64,000 bases of DNA from Patescibacteria group bacterium (GTDB lineage: Bacteria > Patescibacteriota > Minisyncoccia > Phycocordibacterales > UBA9973). Below, piece after piece: positions 58,915 to 64,000 of this stretch. Each line of letters begins with the position of its first letter. Positions within the stretch are counted from its first letter, which is position 1. The stretch is from positions 51,981 to 115,980 of the forward strand of contig JAZKIP010000001.1 in NCBI GenBank assembly GCA_040384805.1, given 5' to 3'. The notes under the pieces were generated by a model. That model saw only the letters and a list, made by a program, of their open reading frames with translations, searched no databases and was not told where the DNA came from. The translations under genes were made by a program, and so were the position numbers.

Positions 58915-59033
58915 ATGATGCCTTAACGCTAAACAAAAACAGAGGGCTTGTACCCTATATTTCGATTCAAAGCGTATATGTGGTTTATCCTAACATTATT
59001 TGAATAAGTTTGCAAGCCCCGTACTCATAATGC

Positions 59034-59249
59034 TTACTGTCTTTTAATGATCCGGCCCTTGCCTCCGTAGGGATCAAGAAGGACTTCAACCTTGTCTCCC
59101 ACCAGAACCTTGATACGATGCATTCGCATTTTCCCCGCAAGGTACGACAGGATGATTTTATCATTTCCTATGTCAACTCGAAACAGTGTATTGGGAAGAG
59201 CTTCCATAACCGTGCCTATGACCGTATTATTGTCGTCTTTTTGATTCAT
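59034..59249 (-). CDS. infA: translation initiation factor IF-1
   Basis: 71 aa; S1-like OB fold ...GTVMEALPNTLFRV...RMHRIKVLVGDKV... Confidence 0.9.
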   Translation of the reverse strand: MNQKDDNNTVIGTVMEALPNTLFRVDIGNDKIILSYLAGKMRMHRIKVLVGDKVEVLLDPYGGKGRIIKRQ

Positions 59250-59294
59250 GTATATGTAGAGATAATAACAAAAAATGTCAGCAACGTCAACTTA

Positions 59295-60599
59295 CTAGAT
59301 ATCGATCTTGATTTTTTTCGCATCGAATGGCAGATGGCCTTGCCATGGAGGAAATATTTTTACTGTAGCGCTCTTTACTCCTTTATCCTGATTGAAAATG
59401 GAAGAGGCCATAACTCGAGGAATCCCAGCCAGACTCTTTTGGATTTTCTCCGTATCTGAATGCCACAGGGCGGTACTTTCTCCCGTAAGCGTAAATGACA
59501 GGCTTTCAAGATCTTTTTGAACCGTTTGTCCGGAGTCTCTGAAAGAGAATGACAGCGTATCGAGTTCAGATAGCTCTATCTGGGTTATGTCGCTTGCTTC
59601 CTTTGCGTCCGGAATAAAGCGTCTGACAAGAGCTTGTGACAAATCGCTTCGGCGCAAGATTACCGCAGACAAAGTTCCGGCAACTTCGACTTTTGCGTTG
59701 GGGGTTGGATAAAGAGCATCCGTTTTTGTCATGTTGGCAAAGGAAAAAGCATCGTTATAAAGAATATATCCTTCCGGAACCTGAGCGGCTATTTTTTTCA
59801 GAAGGTTATTCTTGAATGTGGATGAGGCGAAAGCGGTCAAAGCGCCTTTTTGCTCAGAATCAAGCATGTATGCAAGGCCTTGAGCGCCTCCTGAAACAGG
59901 GATGGCCGCTTTCGCGTATATCTTGTTATATTTTGGCGTACCTTTGAATAAGACAATCTTGAGATCCTCGGGCATCGCGTTATACACATCGCCGGGGAGG
60001 AATGCATGGATTCCCACAGTGACAGCGCCCGGTATGATCTTTTTGTCCTTATCAAGAGTGTATCCCGGTATGGTAATAGCAGCATCGGTCGTATACGATT
60101 TTCCTGTTTCATCGGATAGACGCGTAGCAGTCACTAATTTCTGGGGCGTAGGCGTATATTCATTATAGAAGATCGCCTCTCCGGAAGCTTTCAAAGAAAC
60201 TTCTTCAGCATGCGTCAGTAGCATATCTTTGTATCCCGTATCCGATATTATCATTATTTCAAAATGCACAGGACCTGCGTTTTTTGAAGCTGTAAATTCA
60301 TCCTGCGCAAGGGTCAGACGATCTGTTCGTTCAACAATAGCAACTTTTGCATGCTCAAAAAAAACAAGGCCCCAATATCCCGCAGCTATGACGAGAACGC
60401 TTGCGAGAACAAAGAAAAGAGTCTTGGGCTTTTTCGGTCGCGGCGCTCGAGGAGCGCGCTGCATCCGTCGCGAAATCTGAGGCGCTCGCTCGGGCCGGAT
60501 CTCTTCTCTTTGGTCGTGGAGGATGGTAATAATATTGGCCTTATTCGATTTTATATCTTGGATTTTTTTCGGCATGTTATTTTTCCATCTTACGCGCAA
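59295..60599 (-). CDS. bitopic membrane protein, unknown function (basic/Pro-rich cytoplasmic N-terminus, single TM, ~350-aa extracytoplasmic domain)
   Basis: 434 aa; TM at about residues 60-82; overlaps the upstream actin-fold ATPase gene by 23 nt (operon). No family recognised. PilN/PilO-like topology is speculative. Confidence 0.5.
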   Translation of the reverse strand: MRVRWKNNMPKKIQDIKSNKANIITILHDQREEIRPERAPQISRRMQRAPRAPRPKKPKTLFFVLASVLVIAAGYWGLVFFEHAKVAIVERTDRLTLAQDEFTASKNAGPVHFEIMIISDTGYKDMLLTHAEEVSLKASGEAIFYNEYTPTPQKLVTATRLSDETGKSYTTDAAITIPGYTLDKDKKIIPGAVTVGIHAFLPGDVYNAMPEDLKIVLFKGTPKYNKIYAKAAIPVSGGAQGLAYMLDSEQKGALTAFASSTFKNNLLKKIAAQVPEGYILYNDAFSFANMTKTDALYPTPNAKVEVAGTLSAVILRRSDLSQALVRRFIPDAKEASDITQIELSELDTLSFSFRDSGQTVQKDLESLSFTLTGESTALWHSDTEKIQKSLAGIPRVMASSIFNQDKGVKSATVKIFPPWQGHLPFDAKKIKIDI

Positions 60600-61758
60600 C
60601 GCTTATCGCTTCTATCATCAGAAACGGATCGCATACTGTATTTTTGACGGCGCACATGTTTAAAAATTCCGGCCCTGAAAAGGAGACCACTCGGACTTCC
60701 CGATCGGGGCGAAGGGATCGAAGATATTCCTCGTTTCTTAAGAGTCCGGCAAACCACCCCTCGACATCCGCATCGGCTGTGAGAAAAATAGTTTCCGGAA
60801 AGGAAGCCGAGGCGCTTATGGCGCTGATGCTTTTCCGGAAAGCGTCGAGCCAAAGCTTTTCCATGGAAGCGAAGATCGGGCCAAGAGATTCCTTTTTCTT
60901 ATGAGAAAGAATGCCTGACAAATAAAGACCTGCTACTTCTTGCGCGTCTCTATACTCTATTCCGGCCTTATCGGCCAGATGTGAATAAATATGCCTTTTA
61001 CCGACAGGAAATGAAATGGAGGTGGTAAGTACGTCTTGTGAGACGAAGGCGATATCGGTCACTTCTCCCCCGATATCAATTAGGATATAGGAATCAAGGC
61101 TTATATAGCGGTCTCGAACAGCAAGGTATGAAGAGAGAACAAAAGACGAAAATGAAACGGGAGTATCATGGAATACGCTAGAGAGCGCGAGCCGTATCGC
61201 GTCAAGACACGCTTTCGGTGCAGCGGATACAGCCATGCTTATTTCTACCGTTCGTGTCTTCTGCACATCAAGAAGGCTTACGGGGTAACCGTTAAGCGCA
61301 ATGCCGACGATACGTTGTTCGAATAATTCCAATTCGCTTTCCGCAGTGCCGTATTTTTCCTTGTAGAGATGGCTGAGAAAAGTAACTTCCTTTTGAATCA
61401 GTTCATCAGCAAGGCGCTTGGTAAAAACGAACGGATTCTCCCGAGACGTTTTTATTATCCGCGTTTCGGAAAGGTGCCATGGCGACGCAAGCACGCAGAC
61501 TATAGTTGTGGGAACAACCGCCGCGCTCTTGTATAAAACATCAGCCGTCGCGCAAAGGGCACGCGTCATGTCATCCATGTAACGGTCGAGATTGAAAGCG
61601 CCGCGCTCTGTGATCTCAGTGCGAGAAGACGCCACGATCGTTGGCAGTTCCCCGTCGGCATTTTTCGGCAGGCGGACATAGGCGCCGCCCACGCTTCCGG
61701 ATCCAATATCGAAAATCGCCACTCCGTGTTCTTTTTGTGCAGATGAAAATAATCCCAT
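60577..61758 (-). CDS. actin-fold ATPase (FtsA/PilM/Ppx-GppA superfamily), subfamily unassigned
   Basis: 393 aa; phosphate-1 IFDIGSGSVGGAYV, phosphate-2 LIDIGGEVTDIAFV (like DxGGGTTD), adenosine-like ...TIFLTADADVEG... Confidence 0.55.
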   Translation of the reverse strand: MGLFSSAQKEHGVAIFDIGSGSVGGAYVRLPKNADGELPTIVASSRTEITERGAFNLDRYMDDMTRALCATADVLYKSAAVVPTTIVCVLASPWHLSETRIIKTSRENPFVFTKRLADELIQKEVTFLSHLYKEKYGTAESELELFEQRIVGIALNGYPVSLLDVQKTRTVEISMAVSAAPKACLDAIRLALSSVFHDTPVSFSSFVLSSYLAVRDRYISLDSYILIDIGGEVTDIAFVSQDVLTTSISFPVGKRHIYSHLADKAGIEYRDAQEVAGLYLSGILSHKKKESLGPIFASMEKLWLDAFRKSISAISASASFPETIFLTADADVEGWFAGLLRNEEYLRSLRPDREVRVVSFSGPEFLNMCAVKNTVCDPFLMIEAISVARKMEK

Positions 61759-61806
61759 ACTACCGATAGTATACTACAGGATGGATAAAAGATGATAGCA
61801 AGATCT

Positions 61807-63546
61807 TTATTCGAGGGTCGCCTTAATGCGCCTGATCCCCTGCGCTACTGCCTCTTCTTTTACAATTATGAACCGCCCGAGTTCTTTCGTGGAAGATACA
61901 TGCGGACCGCCGCAGAATTCCTTCGAAAGAGCGCTGCCCTCCTCGTCTTCGATGAAATAGACTGACACGATATCAGGGTATTTTGCCCCGAACTCCATTT
62001 GAGCACCGATATTCTCAGCTTCTTTAAGAGGCATAGTCTTCTGTATGACTCGCAATCCTCGCGTAATTTTATCATTGACCCACTCTTCCACCTCTTTTTT
62101 TTCCATATCGGAAAGCTTATGGTCGCCCAAAAAGTCGATGCGGAGCCTCTCTTCCGTAATATTGCTTCCTCTTTGCCTGATCGCGGGACTCACAATAGCT
62201 TGGAGTCCCGCGAGGAGCAGGTGGTGAGCGGTATGGAGCCTGATAGTTTTTTCGTTGTGATTGGCAAGCCCGCCCTTAAACATCCCGGCTCCGGCAGTAC
62301 GGGAAAGAGTCTGGTGTTCGGTCATTTTTCTGTCGAACTCCGCACGATCAATAAGTGCACCTGACTCTCTCGCCAACTCTTCCGTAAGCTCTATAGGGAA
62401 TCCGTATGTTGTTGCAAGAATAAACGGATCGATTCCCTTTTCAAATTCCTTCACTCCTTCCTGCAGAGTTTTTAGGAATTTTCCTTCCTCTGCTTGAAAA
62501 ATAACTTTTATATCAACCGTACCGAGCTTTTCATAGAGCGAGCCGTACTTGCTGATAAAATAATCGATGATCCTCTCGCCTATTGCAGGATCAAGACGGA
62601 GGGTCTTCATTTTAAAAACCGCGCGGCGGACAAGACGGCGCAAAACATAGCCCTGATCCTTGTTCGAAGGCAGGACCCCATCCGAAATCAGGAAAGTCGC
62701 GCTTCTCATATGGTCAGCAACGATCCGCGCTGTTTTTTCATCATATGCGGAAGAATTTTCCCTCATGAGCGCCATGACCGGTGAAAATATATCCGTATCG
62801 TAAATGCTTTCTTTTCCCTGAGCGACGGCAGTTACGCGCTCAAGACCTGCTCCCGTATCGACATTCTTGTTGGGAAGCCCTGAAGAAACATGTCCGTTCT
62901 CCTGCTTATAGACCATAAAGACATCATTCCAGATCTCGACGACTTTCTGCTCATCTTCGGCTTTTTCAAATTCTGCTTGATTCATCTCTCCAAGAGAACC
63001 CGTAAGATCATAAAACATTTCAGTCGAAGGCCCTGCCGGAGAATTCAAGCCCGCGCTCCACCAGTTTGATTTGGAACTTTTAAAATAAATGCGGTTTTCC
63101 GACATGCCGAGAGATTTCCATAATTTTACCGACTCGGTATCGACGGGAACTTTATCGCTTCCTCCGAAAACAGTTATATACAGGCGTTTCGGATCAAGGC
63201 CAAGCCCTTCTTCCCGGGATGTCAGAAATTCATAACTCCATCGTATCGCATCTTCCTTGAAATAATCGCCGAGCGACCAGTTGCCCATCATTTCAAAAAA
63301 AGTTAAATGGGTATTGTCTCCTACTTCATCGAAGTCGACGGTCCGCAGGCATTTTTGAATATTGACAAGCCGTGTCCCGTCCGGATGCTTTTCTCCTAAA
63401 AGATACGGCATCAGGGGCTGCATTCCTGCGATATTAAAAAGAACCGAGCGATCGTTCTCGGGTACCAAAGAAGCGGAAGGAATTACGGCGTGCCCTCTCG
63501 CCTTAAAAAAAGCGAGGAATCGCGACCGGATTTCATCTGATGTCAT
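61807..63546 (-). CDS. alaS: alanyl-tRNA synthetase, compact form lacking the C-terminal C-Ala domain
   Basis: 579 aa; class II catalytic core (...FNIAGMQPL..., ...FEMMGNWSLGDYFK...) and editing-domain HxxxH (HTAHHLL) / CGGPH motifs. Ends soon after the editing domain. Confidence 0.85.
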   Translation of the reverse strand: MTSDEIRSRFLAFFKARGHAVIPSASLVPENDRSVLFNIAGMQPLMPYLLGEKHPDGTRLVNIQKCLRTVDFDEVGDNTHLTFFEMMGNWSLGDYFKEDAIRWSYEFLTSREEGLGLDPKRLYITVFGGSDKVPVDTESVKLWKSLGMSENRIYFKSSKSNWWSAGLNSPAGPSTEMFYDLTGSLGEMNQAEFEKAEDEQKVVEIWNDVFMVYKQENGHVSSGLPNKNVDTGAGLERVTAVAQGKESIYDTDIFSPVMALMRENSSAYDEKTARIVADHMRSATFLISDGVLPSNKDQGYVLRRLVRRAVFKMKTLRLDPAIGERIIDYFISKYGSLYEKLGTVDIKVIFQAEEGKFLKTLQEGVKEFEKGIDPFILATTYGFPIELTEELARESGALIDRAEFDRKMTEHQTLSRTAGAGMFKGGLANHNEKTIRLHTAHHLLLAGLQAIVSPAIRQRGSNITEERLRIDFLGDHKLSDMEKKEVEEWVNDKITRGLRVIQKTMPLKEAENIGAQMEFGAKYPDIVSVYFIEDEEGSALSKEFCGGPHVSSTKELGRFIIVKEEAVAQGIRRIKATLE

Positions 63547-63585
63547 AAATCAATACTATACTAAAAAGGAAAAACGGAAAAGCTC

Positions 63586-64000
63586 CTACTCGGGAGTTTT
63601 TTCCTGATGATTCTCTTCAAAGCTGCCCTTGAAGAATTTGGTTTTGCGCAAATGTTGCTCGACGGACCAGAGAACAATGAAAATAAAAAGGGTCAGAATC
63701 GTCGCGATGATCGCAATAGCAAAGAGACCGAATCCAGATGCCATACCGATTCCCGCAGATACCCATAATCCCGTCGCGGTTGTCAGGCCCATTAATTTAG
63801 AATCCTTGGTGAAAATAAGACCTGTACCGATAAATCCAACACCAACGACGATTTGCGAAATAATCATGAGAGGATTCATGCCGGAGAAATTAGAAAATGT
63901 CTTCACCATTTCGCCTGACACAATCACAAACAAAGCTGAGCCCATGGATACAAGCGCATATGTTCGCATTCCTGCGGTCTTATGCGCTCGCAAGCGCTCA
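63586..64000 (-). CDS. mgtC: MgtC/SapB-family membrane protein (5' end beyond window)
   Basis: ...GMRTYALVSMGSALFVIVS...QIVVGVGFIGTGLIF...GLTTATGLWVSAGIGMASG... matches the MgtC family; the ORF is open to the window edge. Confidence 0.7.
   Translation of the reverse strand, partial: ERLRAHKTAGMRTYALVSMGSALFVIVSGEMVKTFSNFSGMNPLMIISQIVVGVGFIGTGLIFTKDSKLMGLTTATGLWVSAGIGMASGFGLFAIAIIATILTLFIFIVLWSVEQHLRKTKFFKGSFEENHQEKTPE

Overview
This is a moderately AT-rich, gene-dense bacterial window with mostly minus-strand genes. The gene content looks like a reduced genome (possibly Patescibacteria/CPR-like; that is inference). It holds:
- a complete F1Fo ATP synthase operon (atpI-like, B, E, F, H, A, an extra membrane ORF, G, D) with atpC set apart
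- tRNA-Ile(GAT) preceded by a degenerate tRNA-like copy, and tRNA-Leu(TAA)
- prfA, rpmE, rplY
- a sugar-phosphate cluster (fba, a PfkB kinase, a split transketolase, rpe, rpiB)
- dapF, gap, gatB
- a cell-wall/segregation run (M23 peptidase, gltX, murG, ftsW, mraY, scpB, scpA, HIT, aspS with an apparent T-box leader, trpS)
- dnaB, recR, rplU, corA, cysS
- a polyamine operon (Arg-decarboxylase-like, DHS-like, aguB, aguA)
- dnaJ, dnaK, a PaaX-like regulator and grpE
- a ribosomal alpha-operon segment (infA, rpmJ, rpsM, rpsK, rpsD, rpoA, rplQ, rplM, rpsI), then alaS and a partial mgtC.

No CRISPR array, integrase or transposase was seen. No recognisable defence system could be assigned. The best candidates for novelty are several small AT-rich unknown genes, a tandem zinc-ribbon protein, an uncharacterised actin-fold ATPase plus membrane protein pair upstream of infA, a frameshifted repeat protein beside the tRNA, and several long perfect palindromes. 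All calls are from reading the sequence and translations by eye; no database searches were run.
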